Source: a virus. Taken from it: a DNA stretch of 43,380 bases. The DNA lies in the IMG/VR virus record IMGVR_UViG_3300045988_083803, positions 1 to 43,380 of that record; one strand, given 5' to 3'. Below the pieces are notes generated by a model. The model worked only from the letters and a program-made list of their open reading frames with translations, made no database searches and was not told where the DNA came from. Positions within the stretch are counted from its first letter, which is position 1. Each line of letters starts with the position of its first letter. The position numbers and the translations under genes are program-made. Below are positions 7,901 through 17,413 of this stretch, piece after piece.

Positions 7901-8823
7901 GTAGTTACTCCGACAAATACACAGAAAAAAGGCTGAGAGAGGTAGAAAAGCGGCTACAACAGGTATATCAGGAAGCGCACAAAGAACTGAAAGAAAAGGC
8001 TACGGAGTACTTTAAAACGTTTCAATCACGCTACCTAAAAGAGTATAACGCATACATGGAAGGGAAATATACAGATGCAGAGTTCTTCCAGTGGATCAAC
8101 AATCAGGTAGCACGAGGGGCGAGGTGGGAAGCTTTGAGAGATCAGATGGCAAGGCGGCTCACTGATGCAAACAAATTGGCGGCTGACTATATCAACAACG
8201 TTACCCCTGAGGTGTTCCGCGAGAATTATAATTATTCAGCCTATGAAATCGAGAAGGGAAGCGGCATAAGCTTTGATCTTCTGGACGAGGACACAATCAG
8301 GAGACTGTCCGAGGGTGAGATTGAGTTGCTACCACCTGCAAGAGTAGATATCCCAAAGGATGAGCGATGGAATCGCCAAAAGGTGCAGAATGCAGTGCTG
8401 CAAGGTATCTTACAAGGGGATGCAGTGAGTGATTTGGCAAAACGGCTAGAAAACGTCACCAACATGAACCGCAGCGCAGCTATCAGAAATGCAAGGACGA
8501 TGATAACAGGCGCACAGAATGGTGGGCGGCAGGAAAGCTATAACCGTGCCTCTGCCATAGGGATTGAGATACAGAAAGAATGGATGTCGGCAAACGATAA
8601 CCGAGTGAGAAATTCACATAGGCAATTAAATGGAGTAAGGGTGAGGTATGATGAGCCATTCCCAAACGGCTGTATGTACCCTGCCGACCCTAAAGGCAAG
8701 CCGTGCGAGGTATACAACTGCCGCTGTACTATGGTAGCAATCACAATACACGCAGATCAGACGAGGAGAAACGATCACAGCGTAAAAAGTTATAAGGAGT
8801 GGAAACAGAGACATGGGAAGTAG
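7897..8823 (+). CDS. Head morphogenesis / minor capsid protein (SPP1 gp7 / Mu F-like)
   Basis: NRSAAIRNARTMITGAQNGGRQESY...WMSANDNRVRNSHRQLNG...EVYNCRCTM matches the Mu-F domain pattern. Confidence 0.85.
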   Translation: MSSYSDKYTEKRLREVEKRLQQVYQEAHKELKEKATEYFKTFQSRYLKEYNAYMEGKYTDAEFFQWINNQVARGARWEALRDQMARRLTDANKLAADYINNVTPEVFRENYNYSAYEIEKGSGISFDLLDEDTIRRLSEGEIELLPPARVDIPKDERWNRQKVQNAVLQGILQGDAVSDLAKRLENVTNMNRSAAIRNARTMITGAQNGGRQESYNRASAIGIEIQKEWMSANDNRVRNSHRQLNGVRVRYDEPFPNGCMYPADPKGKPCEVYNCRCTMVAITIHADQTRRNDHSVKSYKEWKQRHGK

Positions 8824-9214
8824 CATAAGAATTGAGATTGATAATACTGATGCTGTTATCCGTGCCAGTCGCGATCAAATCAGAAAAGCACTAGAGGAGT
8901 GCGGACTGACAGCGGAACGATATGCCAAAGAGAAATGCCCTGTAGATACTGGAAACCTACGCAATAGCATCACACACCAGATGGACGGAGATAACAAGGT
9001 ACTGATAGGCTCTAATGTAGAGTATGCACCGTATGTTGAGTTGGGCACTGGAAAGTATGCTGACGGTGGAAGAAAAACCTCGTGGGTATACGAGGATAGC
9101 AAGGGTAACTGGCACATGACAAATGGGCAGAAAGCGCAACCATATTTGAAGCCTGCACTTGCAAATCATACGGATGAGTATGCAAAGATTATACGAGAGA
9201 ATTTGGAGGGTTAA
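8813..9214 (+). CDS. HK97 gp10-family protein
   Basis: CPVDTGNLRNSITHQ...VEYAPYVELGTG...AQPYLKPAL matches the family. Confidence 0.65.
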   Translation: MGSSIRIEIDNTDAVIRASRDQIRKALEECGLTAERYAKEKCPVDTGNLRNSITHQMDGDNKVLIGSNVEYAPYVELGTGKYADGGRKTSWVYEDSKGNWHMTNGQKAQPYLKPALANHTDEYAKIIRENLEG

Positions 9215-9232
9215 CACCCTCCTTTTTCTTTT
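9205..9232 (+). terminator. Intrinsic terminator
   Basis: GGAGGGT-TAAC-ACCCTCC (perfect 7 bp) is followed by TTTTTCTTTT. The stop codon lies in the loop. Confidence 0.8.
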
Positions 9233-9241
9233 GCCATTTTG

Positions 9242-9279
9242 AAAGTTGGCACAACATCAATCAAAAATCATGGTAGGGT
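9242..9279 (+). promoter_or_regulatory. Late-promoter candidate 2: identical 25-bp box plus TGgTAGGGT
   Basis: The box 9242-9266 equals 4072-4096. TAGGGT at 9274-9279 has the same offset as TACAAT in copy 1. It sits between a terminator and the scaffold gene. Confidence 0.5.
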
Positions 9280-9357
9280 GTAGCCACTGTAAAGAATAAC
9301 AGTCGCAATACGGCTATAGCGCGAGAATGCGCCCCAAAGAATAGGAGAAGAAATAGC

Positions 9358-9945
9358 ATGGCATTAAAAAAATCAGATTTTAGAGAGATCATTAAAAACC
9401 AAAACGCAACCGATGAGGAGAAAATTTCTGAGATTCTTGAACTGGCACACGCTGAGGTAGACGCGATCAAGACCGAGCGTGACACCTTAAAGACTCAGCT
9501 TGCCGAAGCTCAGAAGGGCAACAGTGACAAGGAAAACGAGTGGAAAACCAAGTATGAGTCCGAGCATGATGCTTTTGAAAAGTATAAGAGCGATCAGGCG
9601 CAGGCGGCAGAGCTTACAGCGAAAGAAAACGCTTACAAGCAGTTGCTTACCGATGCAGGAGTTTCCAACAAGTTGGTTGATCTGGTAGTAAGGGCGAGCG
9701 CAAAGCAGATTTCCGATATCAAGCTTAAAGATGGCAAGATTGAGGGAGCTGATGAGCTTACAAAGTCCATCAAGACGGAATACAAAGATTACATCGTGGA
9801 TACGCAGAAGAAGGGGGCAAACCTCCCGAACCCACCGAAGAACGATGAATCAAATGATTTTGAGAAGATGAGCCTTGGGGACAAGATGGCATATGCAAAT
9901 GAGCACCCAGATGCACCAGAGGTTAAGACATGGCTCTCTAAGTAA
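9358..9945 (+). CDS. Capsid scaffolding protein (GP20-like)
   Basis: Coiled-coil, charged 195-aa protein (MALKKSDFREIIKNQNATDEEKISEILELAHAEVDAIK...) directly upstream of the capsid gene. Confidence 0.7.
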   Translation: MALKKSDFREIIKNQNATDEEKISEILELAHAEVDAIKTERDTLKTQLAEAQKGNSDKENEWKTKYESEHDAFEKYKSDQAQAAELTAKENAYKQLLTDAGVSNKLVDLVVRASAKQISDIKLKDGKIEGADELTKSIKTEYKDYIVDTQKKGANLPNPPKNDESNDFEKMSLGDKMAYANEHPDAPEVKTWLSK

Positions 9946-9956
9946 AGGAGTAATAC

Positions 9957-10979
9957 ATGGCAGTATTTGATAACAAACACTTTAACAGTGAGGTATTTGG
10001 AAAATACCTTGAAACCGTACCGAGAATTAAGCAGAACGCTTTTTTAAGAGCAGGTATTTTTAACATTAGAGACGAGCTTAAAACATTACTTGCAGATCAG
10101 ACAGGCGGCAACTACGTTGTATTGCCTATGGTTGGCTTAATTGGCGGTGATGCTCAAAACTACGATGGTAAAACTACGATTACACCTAATAGCATTGATA
10201 GCTATATGCAGGGTATTGTAGCTTATGGTAGAGCTAATTCGTGGGGAGAGAAGGACTTTACTAGAGATATCACGGGACATGATTTTATGGTAGATATTGC
10301 AAAGCAGGTATCTGGCTACTGGGATGATAACCTACAGTTTAATATCTTAGCTGTCCTTGAAGGTATTTTTGGCATGACCGAAACGAATGATGCCAAGTTT
10401 GTTGAAGGACATACATTCGACATCACTGAAGCAAATGAAAAGACTGTGGGTGTAACCACACTTAATAATGCTATCCAGAAAGCAGCAGGTGCAAACAAGA
10501 ATATTTTTTCACTTGTGATTGCGCATTCTCAGGTAGCTACTAATCTTGAGAACTTGCAGGTATTACAGTACGGCAAGGGTGTAGATGCAAACGGAGTTGA
10601 AAAAGATCTGACGCTTGCTACATGGAACGGCAGAACCGTACTAATTGATGATGATGCTCCGTTTGACTCTGATACAGGCGCATACACAACTTATATTTTA
10701 GGGCGAGGCGCATTTGATTATTGCGATATTGGCGCAGCAGTGCCAAATGAAACAACTCGTGACCCGTTTAAGTACGGTGGGCAGGATTTTTTGATCTCCC
10801 GTCAGCGCAAGGCAATTGCTCCGAGAGGAATCACTTATAAGCAGCCTACAACCACAACGTCTCCAATGCCAGCTGATTTTAAAACAGCTTCGAACTGGAC
10901 ACTCGTTGAAAATGCAGAAAAAACTCAGAAGATTGATCACAAGGCAATTCCGATTGCACGCATCAAGTCTCTAGGCTAA
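9957..10979 (+). CDS. Major capsid protein
   Basis: 340 aa after the scaffold gene with a strong RBS (AAGGAG). Its position and size are typical of HK97-fold capsid proteins. Confidence 0.75.
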   Translation: MAVFDNKHFNSEVFGKYLETVPRIKQNAFLRAGIFNIRDELKTLLADQTGGNYVVLPMVGLIGGDAQNYDGKTTITPNSIDSYMQGIVAYGRANSWGEKDFTRDITGHDFMVDIAKQVSGYWDDNLQFNILAVLEGIFGMTETNDAKFVEGHTFDITEANEKTVGVTTLNNAIQKAAGANKNIFSLVIAHSQVATNLENLQVLQYGKGVDANGVEKDLTLATWNGRTVLIDDDAPFDSDTGAYTTYILGRGAFDYCDIGAAVPNETTRDPFKYGGQDFLISRQRKAIAPRGITYKQPTTTTSPMPADFKTASNWTLVENAEKTQKIDHKAIPIARIKSLG

Positions 10980-10993
10980 GAAAGGTGGGGGCT

Positions 10994-11431
10994 ATGCTGT
11001 ATCAGGTATTAACACACATACGCAACTTTTTTGTTGCACCTAATGGCACACATGAGGGTGTTTTCACACTCCGAGATAATAATATCTACATTGATGATGC
11101 AGGAGTACAGCAGCCCATCACCTTTCTGCAAGAGGGGCAATATTTTCTGGTTCAAGGCTCTGTCTTTCACGATGGGGTGTATAGATATCCTTGCGAATGC
11201 AGAGTGGAGGAGCGATTTACCGGTTCGATTTCCGCCCTCTGCATACCGCAGGAAGTCGTTGATCTTGCACTGGATATCGAGGAGTGGCAGAAGAAATACG
11301 GAGACCCTACACCGTATATGTCGGAGTCTTTTGGCGGCTACAGCTATACCAAGGCGACTCAAGGAAGCACAGGCACAGCTACTTGGCAGGAGGCTTTCAG
11401 AAACCGCCTGCACACATGGAGGAAGATATGA
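10994..11431 (+). CDS. Putative head-tail connector protein
   Basis: AAGGTGGGGG RBS before ATG 10994. The call rests on position between the capsid and head-closure genes. No diagnostic motif. Confidence 0.4.
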   Translation: MLYQVLTHIRNFFVAPNGTHEGVFTLRDNNIYIDDAGVQQPITFLQEGQYFLVQGSVFHDGVYRYPCECRVEERFTGSISALCIPQEVVDLALDIEEWQKKYGDPTPYMSESFGGYSYTKATQGSTGTATWQEAFRNRLHTWRKI

Positions 11432-11778
11432 AACTTGTAGAAAATATGATGGAAGATTGTAGACTGATTGAGAAAAAGCGTGTGCCAGATGGTGCAGGAG
11501 GCTTTCAGACTACATGGGTAGAAGGGGCAGGCTTTCAGGCGGCTATTAGCCGTGATACATCCCTAGACGCTCGTGTCGCTGAGAAATCAGGGGTAACAAG
11601 CGTTTTTACAATTACGACTCATAGATCATGTCAGCTTGCATATCATGACGTTTTCAAGCGGCTTTCGGACGGCAAGACCTTCCGCGTAACCTCTGATGCA
11701 GGAGACAAGGTATCACCGCAGGTATCAGGGTTAGATATGGCACAGGTAACAGCAGAGAAGTGGGAGTTAACGACATGA
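11428..11778 (+). CDS. Head closure / head-tail joining protein (SPP1 gp16-like)
   Basis: ATGA overlap and GGAGGAAG RBS. Size, position and the pattern ...DGAGGFQTTWVE...FTITTH... fit the family. Confidence 0.5.
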   Translation: MKLVENMMEDCRLIEKKRVPDGAGGFQTTWVEGAGFQAAISRDTSLDARVAEKSGVTSVFTITTHRSCQLAYHDVFKRLSDGKTFRVTSDAGDKVSPQVSGLDMAQVTAEKWELTT

Positions 11779-12131
11779 TGGATCAGGTAAACATAATGGG
11801 TTGCAATTACAAAATCGTCAGAGTAAGCCACGACCAATATAAAACATGTGAGGGTGCTGATGGATGGTGCGATTTCTACGGAAAGAAAATTTACTATGTA
11901 GACCCTGAGACAGACCCCGATAGCGATCCGATTGCAACATCGCCAGAGGAACTAGTAAAGCAGGTTTTAAGGCACGAGATTGTTCATGCTTTCCTCACAG
12001 AGTCAGGGCTTGCTTTTAACTCACACAGCATTGTCGGTGCATGGGCGATGAATGAAGAAATGGTGGACTGGATTGCATGGAACGGTGACAAACTGCATAA
12101 GGCATGGAAGGAGACAGGATTAGTTGAGTAA
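11775..12131 (+). CDS. Small HExxH (zincin-like) protein within the connector genes
   Basis: ATGA overlap. LRHEIVHAFLTESG contains an HExxH motif. Confidence 0.45.
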   Translation: MMDQVNIMGCNYKIVRVSHDQYKTCEGADGWCDFYGKKIYYVDPETDPDSDPIATSPEELVKQVLRHEIVHAFLTESGLAFNSHSIVGAWAMNEEMVDWIAWNGDKLHKAWKETGLVE

Positions 12132-12489
12132 AGATAAGGCGCTACAGGCATGGTTTACGGCTTTTGGCATGACGGCTTATCCTTCCACATCCGTTCCTGA
12201 TGACACAGTTTTTCCGTGGCTGACCTATGAGTATATCACAGGCGGCTTTGGGGATCCTGACATGGCTATAGTAGTCAACATGTGGTTTTGGACGGAATCG
12301 GAGTCAATCCCTAACCAAAAAGCCGAGGAATTTAGAAAATATATCTTAGAACATGATTTGATTGAGTGTGACGAGGGCTTGATCTGGGTAAAAACTGGTG
12401 TTCCGTGGTGTCAGTCGCTCATGGATGAGACATCACCGACAGTAAAACGCAGATACATAAACGTCACACTCGAATATTTAACGAGGTAA
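12124..12489 (+). CDS. Putative tail completion/terminator protein
   Basis: TTG start. The call rests on position immediately upstream of the major tail protein. No diagnostic motif. Confidence 0.4.
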   Translation: MSKDKALQAWFTAFGMTAYPSTSVPDDTVFPWLTYEYITGGFGDPDMAIVVNMWFWTESESIPNQKAEEFRKYILEHDLIECDEGLIWVKTGVPWCQSLMDETSPTVKRRYINVTLEYLTR

Positions 12490-12494
12490 TCAAA

Positions 12495-13061
12495 ATGGGA
12501 AAAGCAGCAACAAAATTGCCAGATAAAGTATTTGAGCATATTCAAATGAATGCAGGCATTTTAATGTCTGAGTTTGATCCTCAGACATGGACAATTACTG
12601 CAACAAATATTATCGGTGCAACTTCTGGCGGTATCAATTTCTCTGATACTCCATCTTTTACGGATTATGGCGAGGACATTGATAACTGCCCAAAGAACAC
12701 CAAGGAGCTGAAAGAGCTTGATAGCCGAGAAATCAAGGTATCAGGCACTTACGTAGCAGTAACAGCAGAGCAGATTAAGAATCTTGCGGCAGCAGCAGAC
12801 ATTGACACATCAAAGGCAACGATCACCCCTCGTACAACACTTACAGATGCAGATTTTGCAGATATCTGGTTTGTGGGTGATTACGGCAAGGGTGGATTTA
12901 TCGCGATCAACATTAAGAATGCACTTTCAACAGGCGGTTTTAACTTGCAGACCACCGACAAGGCAAAGGGTACTTTTACCTTTGAGTATACCGCACACTA
13001 CTCTCTTGAGAATCCAGACGAAGTACCATACAAAGTATACGTTAAGGCAGGTGGCGAGTGA
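12495..13061 (+). CDS. Major tail (tube) protein
   Basis: 188 aa, located upstream of the chaperone pair and tape measure. Beta-rich C-terminus reads KGTFTFEYTAHY. Confidence 0.65.
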   Translation: MGKAATKLPDKVFEHIQMNAGILMSEFDPQTWTITATNIIGATSGGINFSDTPSFTDYGEDIDNCPKNTKELKELDSREIKVSGTYVAVTAEQIKNLAAAADIDTSKATITPRTTLTDADFADIWFVGDYGKGGFIAINIKNALSTGGFNLQTTDKAKGTFTFEYTAHYSLENPDEVPYKVYVKAGGE

Positions 13062-13396
13062 TGAAATTATCAGATATCAAAGGCGATCAGGTACTTGATG
13101 TACTTGCAGAAGTAATTGTGCCAGTAACCAATATTGCAATGGATGAAGCAGCAGCGGCAATTTTTAAAAAGGCAGAGCTTCCAGAGGGCGAAAGCAGAAC
13201 TACTTTTGCATTGAAACGCATTCAGAAAAATATTCCTGCACTCATCAAGGGGCATAAGGACGATCTAATCAAAATTATGGCTATTATCTCACAGCAGACT
13301 GAGGACGAGTACAAGCAGGGGTTGAGCATGGCATCGTTTATTCACGATCTTACTGACCTAATGTCAGACGAGGAATTCGTAAAGCTTTTTACCTGA
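13058..13396 (+). CDS. Tail assembly chaperone (gpG-like)
   Basis: Acidic 112-aa ORF directly upstream of the tape measure, followed by a -1 frame ORF. Confidence 0.6.
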   Translation: MMKLSDIKGDQVLDVLAEVIVPVTNIAMDEAAAAIFKKAELPEGESRTTFALKRIQKNIPALIKGHKDDLIKIMAIISQQTEDEYKQGLSMASFIHDLTDLMSDEEFVKLFT

Positions 13397-13419
13397 GCGC
13401 AGACGAGGAGACGCGGAGA

Positions 13420-13701
13420 GTGCTTTACCTCTGCATAGGAGATTACAGAGGTAGAACACTAGCAGGTTTTTTTGCGTATGTGCAAGGCAGACATGCACAG
13501 TACGTAGAGAACCTGCTTTATCGCGTTTATGTGACGGATGCGCTGCAAAAAATCTGTGAAAACACTGCTAACTTTGCAGGCGGCCGTATCATGAAGCAGC
13601 GATATTATGATGCGGCATATGGAAAGCCAAAAAAGGAAGAAGATGCAGAAGAGATCATAACAAAAATTATTAAAGCGGCAGGACTGGAGGTGAGGCTGTG
13701 A
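13420..13701 (+). CDS. gpT-like -1 frame extension of the chaperone (predicted G-T frameshift product)
   Basis: This frame is -1 relative to 13058..13396 and is open from 13357. No RBS precedes 13420. U-run 13386-13390 and A-AAG 13381-13384 lie in the overlap. Confidence 0.5.
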   Translation: MLYLCIGDYRGRTLAGFFAYVQGRHAQYVENLLYRVYVTDALQKICENTANFAGGRIMKQRYYDAAYGKPKKEEDAEEIITKIIKAAGLEVRL

Positions 13702-16700
13702 ATATACTTGAACTGGTGGCAGGAATCTCTGTTGATTCGTCTGGCATGGAAGAGGACTTAGAATCTCTTGCTACACGTGCTGTAGCAAAGGGCAAACTAA
13801 TTGCAGATGCTATAGGCACAGTAGCCACTAAAGGCTTTGATCTACTGAAAGGTGCTATATCATCATCAGTAGGGACTGGAAAGTCATTTGATACAGCTAT
13901 CTCACAGGTTGCAGCGACAACAGGTCAGACAGTAGACCAGATTGGTGATTTAAAGGCTGCGGCTGAGGAAATGGGAGCGACCACAAAATTCACAGCAACT
14001 GAGGCAGCAGAAGGTATCAATATATTATCGCAGGCTGGCATGTCGGCGGCTGATATTTTAAACGAAGATGCCAACGGAGCTACCCTTTTAAGTACGACAC
14101 TTGATCTTGCTTCGGCTGGCGCAATGTCGATGGAATCCTCTGCTACATACCTTACATCATCCTTGAAAGGCTTTAAAAAAGAGGGCAAATCCGCGGCATA
14201 CTATGCAGATTTGATGGCTAAGGGTGCTACCCTTGCAAATACTAATGTAAGCGGTTTGGGCGAGGCATTATCTGGTGTCTCTGCCAATGCCTCAGCTTAC
14301 GGACAGGCTTCGGACTCTGTAACGCTATCCCTGCTTAAATTAGCAGAAGCTAATGTTACTGGCTCAAATGCAACGACTGCGCTTAACTCTGCAATGTCTG
14401 AGGTCTACACACCTACAGATCAGGCTAAAAAGGCTTTGGATAGCTTGGGAGTATCTGCATATAACGCTGATGGAACTGCACGTGACTTTAACGATGTGGT
14501 AGATAATCTCACAGGGGCATTATCTGGAATGACGGATCAACAAAAGAACGCTACCCTTAATACTATCTTTGGTGTGCAAGGGCTTGATGCATACAATAAG
14601 ATGGCGGCTGTATCGGCTGATAAAACAAACGAGTTTAAAGCGGCTCTTGCAGATGCAGGAGGTTCGGCTGCATCGCAGGCACAGACTCAGCTTGATAATT
14701 TAGGCGGTTCATTTACCCTTTTAAGCTCTGCAACTGATGGTTTAAAGCTTGCGTTTTACAACCTCTTTTCCAAGACGTTAAAGGACGGTGTAGACCTTGC
14801 CACAGACTCAATCACTATCTTAACTGATGGGTTGAGTTCTGGCGGTTTACTGGGGCTTGTGGAGTCTCTGGGAGGTGTTGCTGATAATGCAGTAACCAAG
14901 CTGTTAGGAAAACTTAGCTCTCTCACCAAGCTTCCTCTGGTATCTTGGTTCAAGCAAATCAAAAAAACTGGTGCAGATGCTTTCTCTGGTCTTGGCGGTG
15001 CTGTAAAAACTCTTTTTTCTGCATTTGATCCAGTTATCAGTGCTGTAAAAGAATTTTTAGGACTCACAGATGATGCAGGAGGCACAATTGATAATGCACG
15101 AGCCAAGATGGATGCAGGAAAGTCAGCTCTCGAAGCGATCAAGCAAGCGATCAGCGTAGCAGGGCAGGTTGTAACGTGGTTTGTATCAGTTCCGCTAACT
15201 GGGCTTGCAAATATCCTTGGGCAGAGTTTGCTTGCTAAATTTAACATTTTAAAAGCTGTATTTACATCGGCTGTTGATTTTATATCAAGCTTGCCTGTCA
15301 TGGACTGGCTTGAAAAGCTTCAAAGTGCTTTCTCTAGTGCGTTTGATTCCATTGCAAGTGCGATTTCACCATTAGTTGATGCAGTGCTTAATTTTTCCAA
15401 TTATCTGGTGAGCCTGGTAACTGATTTTTCAGACGCAGGGACACAAAGCACAGCGTTTGGAACTGCATTATCAGTGCTTAATGTGATTGTTGATGGCATT
15501 GCAACTGCGATCCAGTTTGCAGGTGATATTATCTCTGGTGTTATCTCAGTACTAACGCAAGCGATCAACCAGATTGTAACTGATGCACAGACAGATGGTA
15601 CGCTTATCAACTCAATTATCACTGGCATTCAGTCAGCAGTGGAGACTGCATTTGCGATAATTGCGGATGTATGGCAAAACGTATTACTACCAGTTTTTAC
15701 TGGCATCTATACATGGCTATCTGAAAATATCGGCCCGATATCAACGGAGGTTTTTAATGCTCTCGGTGAAGTTGTAACGGCTGTTTTTTCGGTGATTGAG
15801 GCAGTTTGGAACAACGTATTGCTGCCAGTATTTACCGCTTTGTTGTCCTCGCTTGAAGATAACATAAAACCGCTTTTTGAGACTACTTTTCAAGCAGCAC
15901 AAGAAGCTGTCAGTGTAGCATTCCAGATGATTGCAGACACTTGGGAAAACCACTTGAAACCTTGTTGGGACGCAATCAAGACTTTCGCAGATGAAACGCT
16001 TTTGCCATGTTTTCAAGCGATTGGAGATTTCCTTAGAGAAAATCTTAAACCAGTATTTGATGAGGTTTTTAAGGCGGTATCAGAGAGTGTAACAACGGCT
16101 TTTGATACAATCGTAAGTTGGTGGGATAATGTTTTGAAGCCGCTTTTTGATGGAATGCTAGATTTTGTAACTAACATCTTTTCAGGCAAATGGAGTGATG
16201 CTTGGAACGGAATTGTAAGTACATTTTCGACTGTTTTTGCAGGCATTATAGAGTTTGCAAAAACACCAATCAATGCAGTTATCAAGTTGATTAACGGTGC
16301 AATAGCTGGCATAGAGTCGGCTTTAAATGCAGTTATCGGAGCGATGAACAAAATCTCAGTAACAATTCCAGATTGGGTTCCGGGCTTTGGCGGTAGCAAC
16401 TTTGGAATAAATATACCAACTGTCGGATTTGGAAGAATCGGAGAGCTTGAAAAAGGCGGTATCTTGCGTAAAGGTCAGAAGGGATTGCTAGAGGGAAAAG
16501 GTGACGAAGCAGTTGTGCCTCTGGAGAAGTCTGAAGGATGGCTCAACAAGCTTGCTGAGAAGATCAACGGCAATCCAAAGCCTACACAAGTAACCGTAGT
16601 GATAGAGGGCTACGACAAGGATAAGAAAGAGCTTGCAGAAGCTGTAGCTGAGGAGGTATCAAAGCAGATGGCAGACGATTATGACAGAGATAGGAGGGTA

Positions 16701-16709
16701 TTTGCATGA
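13698..16709 (+). CDS. Tail tape measure protein
   Basis: 1003 aa. MGATTKFTATEAAEGINILSQAGMS matches the TP901-type core. The C-terminal half has repeats of about 45 aa of the form W-x-N-V-L-x-P-x-F. Confidence 0.9.
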   Translation: MNILELVAGISVDSSGMEEDLESLATRAVAKGKLIADAIGTVATKGFDLLKGAISSSVGTGKSFDTAISQVAATTGQTVDQIGDLKAAAEEMGATTKFTATEAAEGINILSQAGMSAADILNEDANGATLLSTTLDLASAGAMSMESSATYLTSSLKGFKKEGKSAAYYADLMAKGATLANTNVSGLGEALSGVSANASAYGQASDSVTLSLLKLAEANVTGSNATTALNSAMSEVYTPTDQAKKALDSLGVSAYNADGTARDFNDVVDNLTGALSGMTDQQKNATLNTIFGVQGLDAYNKMAAVSADKTNEFKAALADAGGSAASQAQTQLDNLGGSFTLLSSATDGLKLAFYNLFSKTLKDGVDLATDSITILTDGLSSGGLLGLVESLGGVADNAVTKLLGKLSSLTKLPLVSWFKQIKKTGADAFSGLGGAVKTLFSAFDPVISAVKEFLGLTDDAGGTIDNARAKMDAGKSALEAIKQAISVAGQVVTWFVSVPLTGLANILGQSLLAKFNILKAVFTSAVDFISSLPVMDWLEKLQSAFSSAFDSIASAISPLVDAVLNFSNYLVSLVTDFSDAGTQSTAFGTALSVLNVIVDGIATAIQFAGDIISGVISVLTQAINQIVTDAQTDGTLINSIITGIQSAVETAFAIIADVWQNVLLPVFTGIYTWLSENIGPISTEVFNALGEVVTAVFSVIEAVWNNVLLPVFTALLSSLEDNIKPLFETTFQAAQEAVSVAFQMIADTWENHLKPCWDAIKTFADETLLPCFQAIGDFLRENLKPVFDEVFKAVSESVTTAFDTIVSWWDNVLKPLFDGMLDFVTNIFSGKWSDAWNGIVSTFSTVFAGIIEFAKTPINAVIKLINGAIAGIESALNAVIGAMNKISVTIPDWVPGFGGSNFGINIPTVGFGRIGELEKGGILRKGQKGLLEGKGDEAVVPLEKSEGWLNKLAEKINGNPKPTQVTVVIEGYDKDKKELAEAVAEEVSKQMADDYDRDRRVFA

Positions 16710-17413
16710 TGCACTACTTGATATATAATGGCGAGTCCTCTGCCGACTATGATCTTTTAGTGGGAGCGCAAAACACTTTTAACGCTCCCAAAAGAAGCGT
16801 AACAAAGTATACGATACCTGGCAGAAACGGAGATTTAATCAAAGATAATGGATGCTTTGAAAATATCTCAGTAGCCTACACTATAGTGTGTAAGAATCGG
16901 TTTGAGAGCCTTGCGGACTCTATCAGCGCATGGCTCAAAAGTCCTACAAGCTATTGCAGGTTAGAGGATAGCCACCATCCAGAGTACTACAGGATGGGAC
17001 TTGTGACGGATGCTATCACCTATACAACTGGGACACTCAATCACAGTGCAAAAGCCACAGTGACTTTTGATTGCAAGCCCCAGAAATGGCTTATAGAGGG
17101 CGAGAGGGTAGAAAAATTCACTTCGGCAGGTATAATTTTCAATCCTACAAAGTTTGCTTCGAAACCACTTATAAAAGTATATGGGAATGGACAATCTACC
17201 CTAAAAATTGGCGATTATTCGATGAGTTTAAACTTGCAGGCTTATGTAACTATCGACTCTGAGTTGATGGACTGCACCAGAGGAAATATGAACATGAACA
17301 GTTATGTGGTGCTTGCTTCTGGCTTCCCAGAGCTTAAATCTGGGATGAATTTAATTACTTTTACTGGTGGAATAACATCAATAGAGATTACTGGGAGGTG
17401 GTGGACAATTTGA
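16706..17413 (+). CDS. Distal tail protein (Dit)
   Basis: ATGA overlap with the tape measure gene. YNGESSADYDLLV...YTIPGRNGDL fits the siphovirus tail-component pattern. Confidence 0.75.
   Translation: MMHYLIYNGESSADYDLLVGAQNTFNAPKRSVTKYTIPGRNGDLIKDNGCFENISVAYTIVCKNRFESLADSISAWLKSPTSYCRLEDSHHPEYYRMGLVTDAITYTTGTLNHSAKATVTFDCKPQKWLIEGERVEKFTSAGIIFNPTKFASKPLIKVYGNGQSTLKIGDYSMSLNLQAYVTIDSELMDCTRGNMNMNSYVVLASGFPELKSGMNLITFTGGITSIEITGRWWTI

Noticed and set aside
14756-16399. Long minus-strand ORFs inside the tape measure gene (14756..15301 and 16013..16399). Similar antisense or alternate-frame ORFs occur in the portal, capsid, connector and SSAP genes.
   Set aside because: These are typical shadow ORFs of compositionally biased coding regions. 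They have no start signals, and the sense strand carries recognisable structural proteins.
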